Source of the DNA: an uncultured Nitrososphaerota archaeon
Lineage (GTDB): Archaea > Thermoproteota > Nitrososphaeria > Conexivisphaerales > DTJL01
DNA length: 64,000 nt
Direction of reading: 5' to 3'
Assembly (NCBI GenBank): GCA_963842885.1
Contig: CAWJIE010000003.1
Coordinates: 448,001-512,000, forward strand
Shown here: positions 39,173-49,576 of the stretch, in pieces
Numbering within the stretch: position 1 is the first letter of the stretch
How the letters are laid out: every line of letters starts with the position of its first letter
Program-made: the position numbers and the translations under genes
The notes under the pieces: model-generated
The model's input: only the letters and a program-made list of their open reading frames with translations
Told to the model about the DNA's origin: nothing
Databases searched by the model: none

Positions 39173-40126
39173 ATGAAACATAGCATGCTGACCATAGAGG
39201 GCCTTTCCAAGGAGTTCGGAGCGACGAAGAAGGTCCCCGCCCTGAAGTCGGTGAACCTCGAGGTCAACAAGGGAGAGATTGTCGGTTTCGTGGGGTTGAA
39301 CGGTGCAGGGAAGACCACCACCATAAGGATCGTGGCCGGAGTCATCCGGCCGACCTCCGGCTCCGTCCGCGTCGAAGGCCTGGACGCCTTCAACGACCAT
39401 GAGAAGGCCGCAGAGCTCTTCTCCTGGGTCCCCGAGAACCCCATCTTCGACCTCGGCTCGAACGCGCGGAACTGGCTCCTCTACATATCGAGGTTCGGGT
39501 CGAAGGAGGTATCCACTTCCCAGGTGGACGAGGCACTCGCCAAGGTGGGCCTTGGTGATAAGGGGCGCGTAAAGCTGAAGGCCTATTCCTTGGGGATGAA
39601 GAGGAGGCTGGCCCTCGCTCAGGCCTTCCTCGAGGAGCCTCAGCTCCTGCTCATGGACGAAGCCATGAACGGACTTGACCCTGAGGGGATGCACTTCTTC
39701 AGGGAGACAGTCAGGGACTTCAGGAACAAGGGAGGAGCCATCCTCCTTTCGTCCCATGTTCTAACGGAGATCTCGGGAGTCTCCGACAGGGTCTCCTTCC
39801 TACACAGGGGTACGACCTTCGACACGAAGACCCTCGACGAGCTGAAGCAGGAGTTCCAGGCCACTCACGGCGGCGCAGTGACCTTCGAAGTCCAGGGGCT
39901 CGCCGGCCCGGACCTCGACGAGATAGGGAGGCTCTCCGGCGGGAAGGCCTCCTACGACGGGAAGGCCCTGGAGCTGAAGACAGCCGACGAATCCGTGGTT
40001 TCGGCCGTCAACAGGTACCTCGTGAGCGCCGGCCGCACCGTCACTGGCATAAGGCGGGCGGACTTCAACCTGGAGCAGCTCTTCCTGGACAAGGTGCATG
40101 AAGCCGACGGGAGGCTGGGAGCATGA
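39173..40126 (+). CDS. ABC-2 type transporter ATP-binding protein
   Basis: GLNGAGKTT, YSLGMKRR, MDEAMNGLDP and SSH. Confidence 0.95.
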   Translation: MKHSMLTIEGLSKEFGATKKVPALKSVNLEVNKGEIVGFVGLNGAGKTTTIRIVAGVIRPTSGSVRVEGLDAFNDHEKAAELFSWVPENPIFDLGSNARNWLLYISRFGSKEVSTSQVDEALAKVGLGDKGRVKLKAYSLGMKRRLALAQAFLEEPQLLLMDEAMNGLDPEGMHFFRETVRDFRNKGGAILLSSHVLTEISGVSDRVSFLHRGTTFDTKTLDELKQEFQATHGGAVTFEVQGLAGPDLDEIGRLSGGKASYDGKALELKTADESVVSAVNRYLVSAGRTVTGIRRADFNLEQLFLDKVHEADGRLGA

Positions 40127-41535
40127 ACAAGGCCCTCCTCGTCTTCACCAGGGAGCTCGTGAGGCAGCTGAAGAACTGGAAGGTGATAGTCGTCGTCGCC
40201 CTCATGTTCGCCCTGCTCATCTCGATTACGGCCTCATACTCGGTCTCCGTCGGTCAGCCCTCATTCAGCCAGCTCACGACCATGGCCGTCCCCATCAACG
40301 ACACCGGCTTCCTCGGCGTCAAGGCGTACGTCGTCGACGGCGTGGGCAACCCTGTCTCGGTCCACCTCACCGTGGAGAACGACACGATCCCGCAGACGCC
40401 TCCCTACCAGCCGACCGCGATCGAGAGCTTCGACCTTTACACGGGCTCCGACGGCTTCGGATACGTCAAGACCAACATGAGCTACTCAGATTTCAACGCC
40501 CAGTTCAACGGCACCATGCCCTCCTACGAAATCATGCTGGTCATCAGGAGCGGCTCCAGCACCTCTTCGAGCTCGCTCGGCGGAGGCTTCTACGACCCCG
40601 GCAACGTGTCGGTGGAGAGCGCCTCCGTCGTCTCCCCCACCAACTCCTCGATCCCCGGCATCGTGCTGTGGGGGATGAACCAGGACGGCACCCCCCTAGA
40701 GGCCAAGGTCTACGTCGGAGGGGTCTATGAGGGCGACCTCTCCAACGGCACCTTCAAGGGCTTCTACGACGTCAACAACGCCCCGGTGACGGTTTCCTAT
40801 GGCTCCGAGGCCAATTTGACCGTCGGCACGATCTACAGCAGCTCGAACAACTACCAGGCTCCCACGGCCGACGTGCTCATGCTTTCGGTGAGCCAGAGCT
40901 TCCTTTCCTTCTTCGTGCCCATCGCGGCCATCATCGCCGGATACGACGCCCTCGCGAAGGAAAAGGTCAGCGGGGCCATCGAGCTGGTCATCTCCAGGCC
41001 CGTGTCCAAGAGCAAGGTGTACTGGGGAAAGACGGGAGGGGCCCTCGCGGCCATGGCGGCCTACTTCCTCATGGCCTCGGCCATCTTCTACCTGTTCGCC
41101 CTCCATGTCGGCATCTCCCTCACCCTGGGCGAGCTCGCCTTCATGTTCGCGGGGACGCTCTTCCTGCTCTTCGTCTTCATCTTACTCGAGTCCATCACTG
41201 GGTTCTTCGGCAGGAGCGCATCAGGCCCCATAGTCTGGGGGATCCTGTTCTGGGTGATCTTCAACGTCGTCTTCAGCATGATCTCGGTCATCCCCGTCCT
41301 GCTCACCGGGGGCTCCACCAGCTCGGCCTACGCCGTGGCCTTCGAGAACCTCCTGAGCCTCTGCAACCCCATCAGGGTGGCCACGCTGATAATGGGCCTC
41401 CCCTTCTTCGGCGGCTCCAGCTCCTTCATGTTCAACTCGTATGGCCTCTCTCAAGCCGAGGTCGTAGTCAGCGCCTTCATCTGGGTGGTCGTCATCGCTG
41501 CCCTCTTCGTCCTGGTGATAAGGAAGAAGGAGTAA
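40123..41535 (+). CDS. ABC-2 type permease with a large extracytoplasmic domain
   Basis: One N-terminal TM, ~220-aa beta-rich loop with N-x-S/T sequons, EKVSGAIELVISRPVSK motif and further TMs. Confidence 0.9.
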   Translation: MNKALLVFTRELVRQLKNWKVIVVVALMFALLISITASYSVSVGQPSFSQLTTMAVPINDTGFLGVKAYVVDGVGNPVSVHLTVENDTIPQTPPYQPTAIESFDLYTGSDGFGYVKTNMSYSDFNAQFNGTMPSYEIMLVIRSGSSTSSSSLGGGFYDPGNVSVESASVVSPTNSSIPGIVLWGMNQDGTPLEAKVYVGGVYEGDLSNGTFKGFYDVNNAPVTVSYGSEANLTVGTIYSSSNNYQAPTADVLMLSVSQSFLSFFVPIAAIIAGYDALAKEKVSGAIELVISRPVSKSKVYWGKTGGALAAMAAYFLMASAIFYLFALHVGISLTLGELAFMFAGTLFLLFVFILLESITGFFGRSASGPIVWGILFWVIFNVVFSMISVIPVLLTGGSTSSAYAVAFENLLSLCNPIRVATLIMGLPFFGGSSSFMFNSYGLSQAEVVVSAFIWVVVIAALFVLVIRKKE

Positions 41536-41639
41536 CGCTCCGCCGACGATGCCGTCCTCCCTTGAGCTTGTTCCGCGCTGGCCGGCTTCTTGATAGCCTT
41601 GCGCTGCTCGAAGGCTACGCCTTTCGTAGGCTTCCTCTC

Positions 41640-42740
41640 TCAAATCACGCTGCGATATCTGATATTCAGGGCGTCGGCATATGCTAGAGCCTCCTCGAAT
41701 TCGGCGGCAGAAAGTCGCCTGCGCAGCCCGCTCAAGCGATCCTTCACCGGAACTAGGTAGTCAGGATGATACTGGTTCATTATGTTCACGAGCGCTCGGG
41801 GAAGGTTCTTTCCGAGCCACTCTAGGACGGGCTGGCCGCAGCAATCCCAGTGCCCCGGGAGAAGGAGCACCCGGACTACCATGTCACCGAACTGGTAGGC
41901 CTCAAGGTGATTTCGTGAGACGACTTCGAAGTATCCCTTCACGCAGGAGAGCTCCGAGGCGCAGCCGTCGTTGCCGTACTTGAAATCGGGGAGCCAGATG
42001 TCGACGATGTCCTTGATTATGTCCATCGACTCCTCCGAGAGATACATGTTGGAGTTCCAGAGCACGGGCACGTCCTGCTCCAGCTCCGATAGCGCGGAGA
42101 GGATGACTGGTATGTCGGGAGTGGGCTCCCCTCCCACCAAGTTGAAGTTCAGGCACCTTTCGGCGGAAAGCGCTTTCATCATGAGCGCAAGGCGCCCTCC
42201 ATCCACGGGGATGCCGTTGGACGCGTCCTGGGATATGTCGTGGTTCTGGCAGAAGACGCAACGAAAGTTGCAACCGGTGAAGAAGATGGTCCCCGAGCCG
42301 GTGCGGCCGGAGAGGGGCCGCTCCTCGCCGTGATGGAGGAAGAAGTTGGAGACCCTGGACTGGCTGGACAGGCAGCAGAAGCCCGTCTTCCTGTGGCGGT
42401 CCACCCCACACTTCCACTCGCACAGCGAGCAGCTCTCCAGAATCCTTTGAGCCAAGGCCACCTTCAAGTCCAGGTAGCTCCTCCCCCTCGTCGCTCGCTT
42501 CAGCCCACCGGGGAAACCTGCCTCCTGCTCCCGCAGCAAGCCCCGGAAGCAGGCTGCCGCCACCCTGTGAGAGTCGAGGAGAGACGGCAGGCCGTCCTCG
42601 GGCGAGAAGTCCACTTCGAGCCGCTTAGCCAGACGGTACCTTGGACGGTGGCGCCCCGACAGCACGGAGTAGTAATGAGGTAGGGCCTCCTGGGCCTCTC
42701 GATCTGTGCAGCTCGGGCCGAGCTCCTCCGGACGGCGCAA
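41640..42740 (-). CDS. Radical SAM protein, PflX-like
   Basis: CSLCEWKCGVDR...GFC auxiliary motif, SGTIFFTGCNFRCVFCQN, GGEPTP, PDFKYG and NIMNQY.P. Confidence 0.9.
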   Translation of the reverse strand: MRRPEELGPSCTDREAQEALPHYYSVLSGRHRPRYRLAKRLEVDFSPEDGLPSLLDSHRVAAACFRGLLREQEAGFPGGLKRATRGRSYLDLKVALAQRILESCSLCEWKCGVDRHRKTGFCCLSSQSRVSNFFLHHGEERPLSGRTGSGTIFFTGCNFRCVFCQNHDISQDASNGIPVDGGRLALMMKALSAERCLNFNLVGGEPTPDIPVILSALSELEQDVPVLWNSNMYLSEESMDIIKDIVDIWLPDFKYGNDGCASELSCVKGYFEVVSRNHLEAYQFGDMVVRVLLLPGHWDCCGQPVLEWLGKNLPRALVNIMNQYHPDYLVPVKDRLSGLRRRLSAAEFEEALAYADALNIRYRSVI

Positions 42741-42840
42741 GTCAGTGTTCTAGTTCTCCCTCCTTGGTGATATGTGTTGCCGGACCGCACGCCGGGAAAG
42801 CTTATCTTGCCTTGGCTACTCCTACAGCCTGAGTGAGACG

Positions 42841-43356
42841 TTGGAGTTCTTCGACCTCATCCAGAAGAGGCACTCCATCCGCGCGTACAGCTCTAGGCAC
42901 ATAGAGGAAGAGAAGCTGAACCGGATAATGGATGCCATCAGCTCTGCACCGTCAGCGGGAAACCTCCAGGCCTATGAAGTGTTCGTCGTGAAGAGCGAAG
43001 CCAAGAAGAGGGCGCTGGCGCGGGCAGCGTTCGATCAGGACTTCATAATCCAGGCGCCCGTCTGCTTGGTGTTCTTCGCCAACCCTCGACGGTCATCGGT
43101 CAGGTATGGCTCAAGAGGGGAGACGCTTTACTCCGTGCAGGACGCCACGATAGCCGCCACGTTCGCCATGCTGGCCGCCGTGGACCTCGGCCTGTCGACG
43201 GTGTGGCTGGGGGCATTCGATGATGATGAAGTCGCGGAGATCTTCGCCGCGGAGACGCTGCACCCCGTGGCCATACTTCCCATAGCCTACCCTGCAGAAG
43301 AGCCCATGGTGACCTCCAGGCGCCCCCCTGAAGACGTCTTCCATCCCGTAGGGTGA
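42841..43356 (+). CDS. Nitroreductase family protein
   Basis: RHSIRAY, APSAGNLQ and DATIAA...LAAVDLGLSTVWLGAF. Confidence 0.92.
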   Translation: MEFFDLIQKRHSIRAYSSRHIEEEKLNRIMDAISSAPSAGNLQAYEVFVVKSEAKKRALARAAFDQDFIIQAPVCLVFFANPRRSSVRYGSRGETLYSVQDATIAATFAMLAAVDLGLSTVWLGAFDDDEVAEIFAAETLHPVAILPIAYPAEEPMVTSRRPPEDVFHPVG

Positions 43357-43526
43357 TCCGCCGCGAGCCGCAAGCGGCATATGTCGTAGCCCTAAGTCTT
43401 CTTTGACAGGAGCTCCTTTATCTCCTTGAGCTCGGAGAGCATCTACTGGCCGACGTCGTCAGCGGCGGGCTTCGGCGCTGAAAAGAGCGGCCTCCCACCA
43501 AAACAGCCGGTCGGCCATCCGGCGAA

Positions 43527-45044
43527 TCAGAAGTCGGGGACCTCCTTCAGGAGCATCCCCTCCACTAGGACGGGGGTTCTCCCTTCGGCGATGGACACGG
43601 CCTGGGAGAGCTTCGAGGTACGCTCCGCGTATATCTCCAGGAGCAGGTCGCCTCTTGCGACCCTGTACCCCTGCTTGGCATGGAGGAGCACCCCTGCCCC
43701 CTGCTCTTGGGGGGCCCCAGCCGCCCTCGCGACGTCCGCTATCCCTTGGTTGTCAACGAGTGTAATGTAACCGTCGCTGGGCGATAGCATCCGGTACACC
43801 TCTCCTCCCACCCCTATGTCGTCGGGCTTCACGTCTCTCTTCCCTCCCTGTGTCTCGACGATTGAAAGGAACCTTTCGAGGGCCGTCCTCTTATGGAGCA
43901 GCTCCAGCGCCGCCGCCGTGCCGCTTCCCCTTGGGGCCTTGCCCGTCGATTCCAAGAGGAGGCCTGCGATGGAGGCAGACTTCAGGACCAAGCTCTTGGA
44001 GTTGTCGTCTGGGGACATGAGGGCGGAGAGCGCCTCCCTGGCCTCCAAGGCTGGTCCGATGGCCCTCCCCACCGGTTGCCCGCCGTAGGTGATGCCGCAC
44101 TTGACTTGTATCCCAAGGCGCTGGCCCAGCTCGATGAAGCTCGACGCCAGCCTCTCCGCTTCTGGCACGTCGGCCACCTTGGCGCCCCTGCCAGCGGGGA
44201 CGTCCAGCACCATGTGCTTCGCGCCCACAGCGCACTTCTTCGCCATGATGCTGGCCAGCATCTGGCTCTTCGGGTCGATCCGCAGTGGGTACTCGATCCT
44301 GATGAAGATATCGTCGGCCGGGGCTATGTTGAGCGAGCCTCCCCACACGATGCAGCCGTTGACCTTCGTGACCATCTCCTCCACCTCTTTGAGAGAGAAC
44401 TTCACGTTCGCCAGGACGCTCATGGTGTCAGCCGTCCCCGAGGGGCTAGTGATGGCCCTGCTACTCGTCTTGGGGATGTAGAGGCCCGACGCCGCGACTA
44501 TGGGCACCACCAGCAGCGAAATCTTGTTGCCCGGAACGCCCCCAATGCTGTGCTTGTCGACCACCGTCCCCGGGAGGCTGAGCGTCTCCCCCGTCGCCAC
44601 CATGGCGCGCGTAAGGGCCTCCGTCTCGTCCATGGTTAGGCCCTTGAAATGGGACGCGAACAGGAATGAGGCCACCTCGAGATCGCTGAGGTTGTAAGCG
44701 ACGACGTCCTGCACGATGGAGGATATCTCCTCGGCTGACAACGCCCCTCCCGAGATCTTCTTCTTGATGAACTGGATGCTCATGGGCATCGCCGCCAGCT
44801 CTATCTCCACCAACTCGCCGTTGGACACGCCCAGTGCCTTGGCCGAGTCCCTGTAGAGGCCGATGCTCCCCTGGGGGACGAGCGAACGGGAGGTTTCTAC
44901 GATGACGTTCAGGGTGGAGGCGCCCCGGCGGAGCGTGACCCTGTCGGAGAGCAGGATGCTCAGGCTGCGGGCGTCCGTGTCGTTGAGCACGACGGAGCTC
45001 CTCCCAGAGGTCAGGTCCATCACCAGGGCCTTGAGAGCGTTCAC
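43527..45044 (-). CDS. deoA: AMP phosphorylase (archaeal NMP phosphorylase)
   Basis: N-terminal extension plus DKHSIGGVPGNK, PKTSSRAITSPSGTADTM, APADD and GQPVGRAIGPALEA. Confidence 0.93.
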   Translation of the reverse strand: MNALKALVMDLTSGRSSVVLNDTDARSLSILLSDRVTLRRGASTLNVIVETSRSLVPQGSIGLYRDSAKALGVSNGELVEIELAAMPMSIQFIKKKISGGALSAEEISSIVQDVVAYNLSDLEVASFLFASHFKGLTMDETEALTRAMVATGETLSLPGTVVDKHSIGGVPGNKISLLVVPIVAASGLYIPKTSSRAITSPSGTADTMSVLANVKFSLKEVEEMVTKVNGCIVWGGSLNIAPADDIFIRIEYPLRIDPKSQMLASIMAKKCAVGAKHMVLDVPAGRGAKVADVPEAERLASSFIELGQRLGIQVKCGITYGGQPVGRAIGPALEAREALSALMSPDDNSKSLVLKSASIAGLLLESTGKAPRGSGTAAALELLHKRTALERFLSIVETQGGKRDVKPDDIGVGGEVYRMLSPSDGYITLVDNQGIADVARAAGAPQEQGAGVLLHAKQGYRVARGDLLLEIYAERTSKLSQAVSIAEGRTPVLVEGMLLKEVPDF

Positions 45045-45279
45045 GGCGACGATTCCCTGTCCGCCTTGTTTAAGCGTTGCTGAGGCCGAGAGGGGCCGAT
45101 GTTTGGAGGTATCCTCAGGCGCGCCACCGGTCGAACGAAAGGAAGGAGACCCTCCCTCCCTTCACCCTCGCGATAGGGAACCGTTTGCGGACGGCGGTGG
45201 CCAGCCTCCCCGAAAGCATGGAAGTCGCGGTGAGTGCGCGAATGGGAGTCTCTCCGCCGTCCGGTCTGCGAGACACGCG

Positions 45280-46023
45280 TCACGCGGAGAGTCGGAAGTT
45301 CACCTGGTTGCGCAAATCGTCCTTGGCTGCCTTGGAGAGGCTCAATCCTTTGCCCGTCAGGTACGAGTCCAGGCTCGCCTGCGTAACCCTGCGAAGCTGA
45401 TTCAGCCTGCACCAATCGATAACGTCGTCGACCAGTTTCGGCACGAGCTCCTCGTCCTTTCGCAGCATGCTCTCCTCCACTATCTTGTTAATCCTAATCA
45501 TACGCATCTTCAGCTCCGGGTTCTCCGAAAAGGTGCCGGCGACGCCCAGCGACTTCCAGAACTCATACGCCACCTCGTCCAAGGGGGGCGTCTTGTCGCG
45601 GCCGTAGGTGTTAGCCGCGAACTTGAGGATATCCTTGGCTACCTCTTCGTCGGTCTTGGTTATCCATGCGCCCTTCGATTCCTTCCTGCTCCACCAGTCG
45701 GCGGTCTTCACGTAGGAATACACCGCTCCGTCCTTGGCCCAGGAAAGCTCGATGAACCCAAGCTCCTGTGAGTGAGAGCCGCTCCCCCATGCGGTGCTGA
45801 TGACTAGGCAAGGGGCCCCGGCCTCCCTTGCGACGTCTATGAACGCCTTCCAGTCATCGTTACTCTCGTCCCAGCGAAACAGGATTGCCGATCCTTCAGA
45901 AGCACGCGCCCCGACGAAAGTCTTGAGGTCCAAGGTCACCGCGTAAGTGGAGATCTCTTCATAGATGTCGTTGATGTCCATCTTCGGAATCGTCAAGTGT
46001 ACCGGCTCAACCTCGGTCGTCAA
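45280..46023 (-). CDS. Hypothetical protein (247 aa)
   Basis: Long ORF with host-like codon usage and TATA-like CTTATAT ~20 bp upstream; no motif recognised. Confidence 0.75.
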   Translation of the reverse strand: MTTEVEPVHLTIPKMDINDIYEEISTYAVTLDLKTFVGARASEGSAILFRWDESNDDWKAFIDVAREAGAPCLVISTAWGSGSHSQELGFIELSWAKDGAVYSYVKTADWWSRKESKGAWITKTDEEVAKDILKFAANTYGRDKTPPLDEVAYEFWKSLGVAGTFSENPELKMRMIRINKIVEESMLRKDEELVPKLVDDVIDWCRLNQLRRVTQASLDSYLTGKGLSLSKAAKDDLRNQVNFRLSA

Positions 46024-46367
46024 CTAGCGAAACGACGATATAAGCTATGATGCTCACGACTCTGCGACGCCGGGGTTCCGCTCGTCAGACATAGTAGAGC
46101 AAACAGGCTTTGCTAGGTGGTTGGATGAGAGCCAGCACGAACCCCGATCGACCCCAGGCTTCAGTCCTGAAGATATCGCAATTTCGTCCAGCAGCAACAG
46201 ATATCCAAAGGTACCATTCTATCCCCATTTGTAGAACATCTCCGATCCGCTATCATTGATTCGTCGATGACGACGCCCGTCGAAGCCGCAACGAGCAAAG
46301 CACAATCTCACGAAAGTTGTCTCGGGGATTCAATATCCTCTGCTTCGCCTTTGGACTGATTCGCGGG

Positions 46368-46886
46368 TCATTTCGTCCCCTCGAGCACCTTGGCAAGGCG
46401 CGTCTTGGCGGTGCGGTTAGTCAGCGGGCCGCTGGCGAGCGAAGTGTTGCTGATTACGACTATGGCGCCATCCGCAGCCTGGACCCACGTGCTCCTGAAA
46501 CCCATCTTGACAACCTTGCCCTTGATTCCGCTGTACTCTATTTCGTCTCCCAAGCGAAGTACGTTGTCGTGAAACATTAGGAGGCCTGAGATGATGTTCG
46601 AGAGTGTGGTCTGGAGCGCCAACGACATCGCCAAACCTGCCACCCCCGAAATCGTGAGCGTGGTGAATTCGGAGGTCAGTCCGGTGAACCTTGCGATGCC
46701 CGTTATGGCGGCAGCGACCATCAAGACGCTCAACCCCTCTCTTATGTCCCGGACTATCGCTGGAGCCACGCCGGCCTTACTCGCCAATCTAGTGATGATC
46801 CTGATGGCGACCTCTCCAACAGCAAAGGTCGCGGCAGCGATGAATATGATGCCTGCTGCCGTCAGGACAAGTGTGTCAACCATCAT
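46368..46886 (-). CDS. mscS: Small-conductance mechanosensitive channel (short form)
   Basis: Three TMs, LALQTTLSNIISG, GDEI...GKVVKMGFRST and ISN. Confidence 0.88.
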   Translation of the reverse strand: MMVDTLVLTAAGIIFIAAATFAVGEVAIRIITRLASKAGVAPAIVRDIREGLSVLMVAAAITGIARFTGLTSEFTTLTISGVAGLAMSLALQTTLSNIISGLLMFHDNVLRLGDEIEYSGIKGKVVKMGFRSTWVQAADGAIVVISNTSLASGPLTNRTAKTRLAKVLEGTK

Positions 46887-47274
46887 TCATTTCGACGTGA
46901 CGACGGTATGTTAAACCTTTGGCAATTCCGCTTGGTAAGTCACTGTGCATGATTACCTATGGCGAGTCGGCTATACCTGCTGTCGAGTCGATGACTGAAT
47001 AGGAGGGCCCGGGCCAACTAGTATGCAATCAATGTATTGAATGAATGCATGGTGACGGGTCGTAGGATGGTGCCTCGGAGCGAGTATTCTCCGTCTCGGC
47101 CTCGTCGGCTTGGAGCTTCGCCATTTCTTCCGTATTCATTGGGGACCGCGTGAATCCTCTGGCCGAGTGAAGCTGGCGCGGGTATCGCAAGCCCATGAGA
47201 CACCTGAGGGGAGGCTCTCTCACTGAAAACCCTTAAGAAGACTGCAGGTGGAACCCAGAAATCTGTAGCTCGGC

Positions 47275-48684
47275 TTGCAGTACAAGTACACAGTCCTGAC
47301 GAACACCACTATAGGCGCCTTCATGGCGCAGCTCGACGGCAACATAGTGCTGATATCGCTGCCCTCCATCATACGAGACCTGCCGAACACCTCCACCATC
47401 GACGGCATCTGGATCATAATGGGCTACGTCCTAGTGTCCGCTACGCTGCTGCTCACCATCGGCCGCCTAGGCGACGTATTCGGGCGCGTGAGGCTCTACA
47501 ACGCCGGCTTCGCCGTGTTCACCATCGGCTCAGGCCTCTGCAGCCTCGCGCCCAACGGTCTCGACCTCGTCCTCTTCCGCCTTGTGCAAGGGGTGGGAGG
47601 GGCCCTGATATTCGCCAACAACGCCGCCCTGCTGACCGACGCCTTCGAGGTGACCGAGAGGGGCAGGGCCATCGGCATCAACCAGGTCGCCGGCGTCTCC
47701 GGCTCGGTGATAGGCCTCGTGGCGGGCGGGGCGCTGACGGAGGCCTTGGGTTGGAGGTCCATCTTCTGGATCAACCTCCCTGTGGGCGCCTTCGCCACAG
47801 TCTGGGCCTACGCAAGGCTAAAGGAGAAGGGCACGCTCTCCAAGAACAGGAGGCTCGACCCGCTGGGCAACCTCCTCTTCGCCTTCGGCCTCTCTTTGTT
47901 CCTCCTGGGCATGAGCCTAGGGGCACTAACTGGCTGGAGCCTGACGGACGTGTACGTGATGGTAGCCGGGCTCGTCATGCTATTCGCCTTCGTGGTGGTC
48001 GAAAGGAGAGCCTCCAGCCCCATGATGGACCTTTCCCTGTTCAAGAATCGGGCCTTCTCCGCCGGAATCTTCAGCAACCTCCTCGCCTCTGTGGCCAGGG
48101 GCGGCGTCAGCCTCGTGCTGGTCTTCTACTTCCAGGGCGCCCTTCTCATGGACGCCCTCACGGCAGGCGTATTGCTCATCCCCTTCTCTCTGGCCTTCGT
48201 GGGGGCGGGGCCACTTAGCGGCTACCTCTCCGACCGCTACGGGGCCCGTGGCTTCAGCACGGCGGGCCTCCTCACTTCGGCCGCCGCCATGTTCCTGTTC
48301 TCCACCCTCCCAGGCAACGTCCCCTACTCGGTCCTCGTAATCCCGATGATATTGGCTGGCGTGGGAGGTGGCATGTTCGTCGCCCCCAACATCGCTTCTA
48401 TAATGAACGCCGTGCCGGTGGCACGCCGGGGCGTGGCTTCGGGGATGTCTTCGACGCTAGTCAACACCGGCTTCCTCCTCAGCCTGGGGATGTGCTTCGC
48501 CGTCATGGCCGCAACCATGCCGCTGGGCGTGCTCCAGGCCATCTTCGCGGGGCTCCCCGTCGCGTCGGGGGCCGTAGACCTAGGCCTGTTCGTGAGCTCC
48601 ATGCATGAGATCTTTGTCGTGATGGCCGCCCTCAGCCTCGTCGCGGCCTTCGCGTCGTCCCTGAGGGGACCCAAACCCAGCTGA
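47275..48684 (+). CDS. MFS transporter, DHA2 (EmrB/QacA) family
   Basis: LDGNIVLISLP, GRLGDVFGR, RLVQGVG, ERGRAIG, WRSIFWINLP and GYLSDRYG. Confidence 0.93.
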   Translation: MQYKYTVLTNTTIGAFMAQLDGNIVLISLPSIIRDLPNTSTIDGIWIIMGYVLVSATLLLTIGRLGDVFGRVRLYNAGFAVFTIGSGLCSLAPNGLDLVLFRLVQGVGGALIFANNAALLTDAFEVTERGRAIGINQVAGVSGSVIGLVAGGALTEALGWRSIFWINLPVGAFATVWAYARLKEKGTLSKNRRLDPLGNLLFAFGLSLFLLGMSLGALTGWSLTDVYVMVAGLVMLFAFVVVERRASSPMMDLSLFKNRAFSAGIFSNLLASVARGGVSLVLVFYFQGALLMDALTAGVLLIPFSLAFVGAGPLSGYLSDRYGARGFSTAGLLTSAAAMFLFSTLPGNVPYSVLVIPMILAGVGGGMFVAPNIASIMNAVPVARRGVASGMSSTLVNTGFLLSLGMCFAVMAATMPLGVLQAIFAGLPVASGAVDLGLFVSSMHEIFVVMAALSLVAAFASSLRGPKPS

Positions 48685-48738
48685 CGGCAATTCCTTCTAG
48701 AAATAGGATTAAGAGGCAGTGCTTCACAATACAAGTCG

Positions 48739-49170
48739 ATGAGCTTCAGCGCCAAGGACCTGGCCGAGAGAGATTTCGTCAGCCTGACTAGGGAGGCGAG
48801 CGTCCTCGAAGCAGCCCGTGCCATGAGGGCTAGGAAGCACGGTTACGTAGTCATTCTGTCCCAGGACGGCACCCCGGAGGGCATCGCGACTGAATGGGAT
48901 TTCCTAGCCAAGGTTGTCGCAGAAGGGCGTGACCCTTCCACGACGAGGCTGGGGGAAATCATGAGCACCGCCCTTGTGACCGTCAAAGCGAAGGACACCT
49001 TCCAAGAGGTCGCGCAGCTCATGGTCCAGAAGGGGATCAGGCGGGTCCTCGTGCTCGACGACGGGAAGGTGTTGGGAATCATAACTGCCAAGATAGTGCT
49101 CTCGAGGCTGAAAGATTACGTCGATAGGGTTTCCTCCCAGATCGCTAGGATGCAGTCGCCTCCTCTGTGA
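48739..49170 (+). CDS. CBS-pair protein
   Basis: Two CBS repeats (GIATEWD and GIITAK). Confidence 0.9.
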   Translation: MSFSAKDLAERDFVSLTREASVLEAARAMRARKHGYVVILSQDGTPEGIATEWDFLAKVVAEGRDPSTTRLGEIMSTALVTVKAKDTFQEVAQLMVQKGIRRVLVLDDGKVLGIITAKIVLSRLKDYVDRVSSQIARMQSPPL

Positions 49171-49576
49171 CATCTGGTTTGTCTTCTCCCGGAGCAACGG
49201 AAGATCCGGCCCGCCACGGTATAGAGGATTGCCCTAGCCCCGGCCTTGGCGCCCCCTTGAGCAAGCCGTGTATCTGATGGAGATTCGTGTTGCGATGTGA
49301 TGACGGGTATCGTGCCGGGGCTGGTCAACCTCAGGATACTCGGGACGTAGGGGGAGAGAGATACTGTGGAATCAGAGATGAACAGGCGTCTACCGATGAT
49401 GACTATACGCAAGGTCCAGTAAGCGATTCTTGGGTCTAAAGTCACCGCCCAATCGTGCATCAGTTCGCGCGTGCTGGGTCAGCGCCGAGGGGTGCCCCGA
49501 CTTCAGCTGCGGGAATGGATGGGAGAAGCACAGGAGAGACTGGAGGCCGGTTCCCTGCTTCATCCCGGATGTCCCG

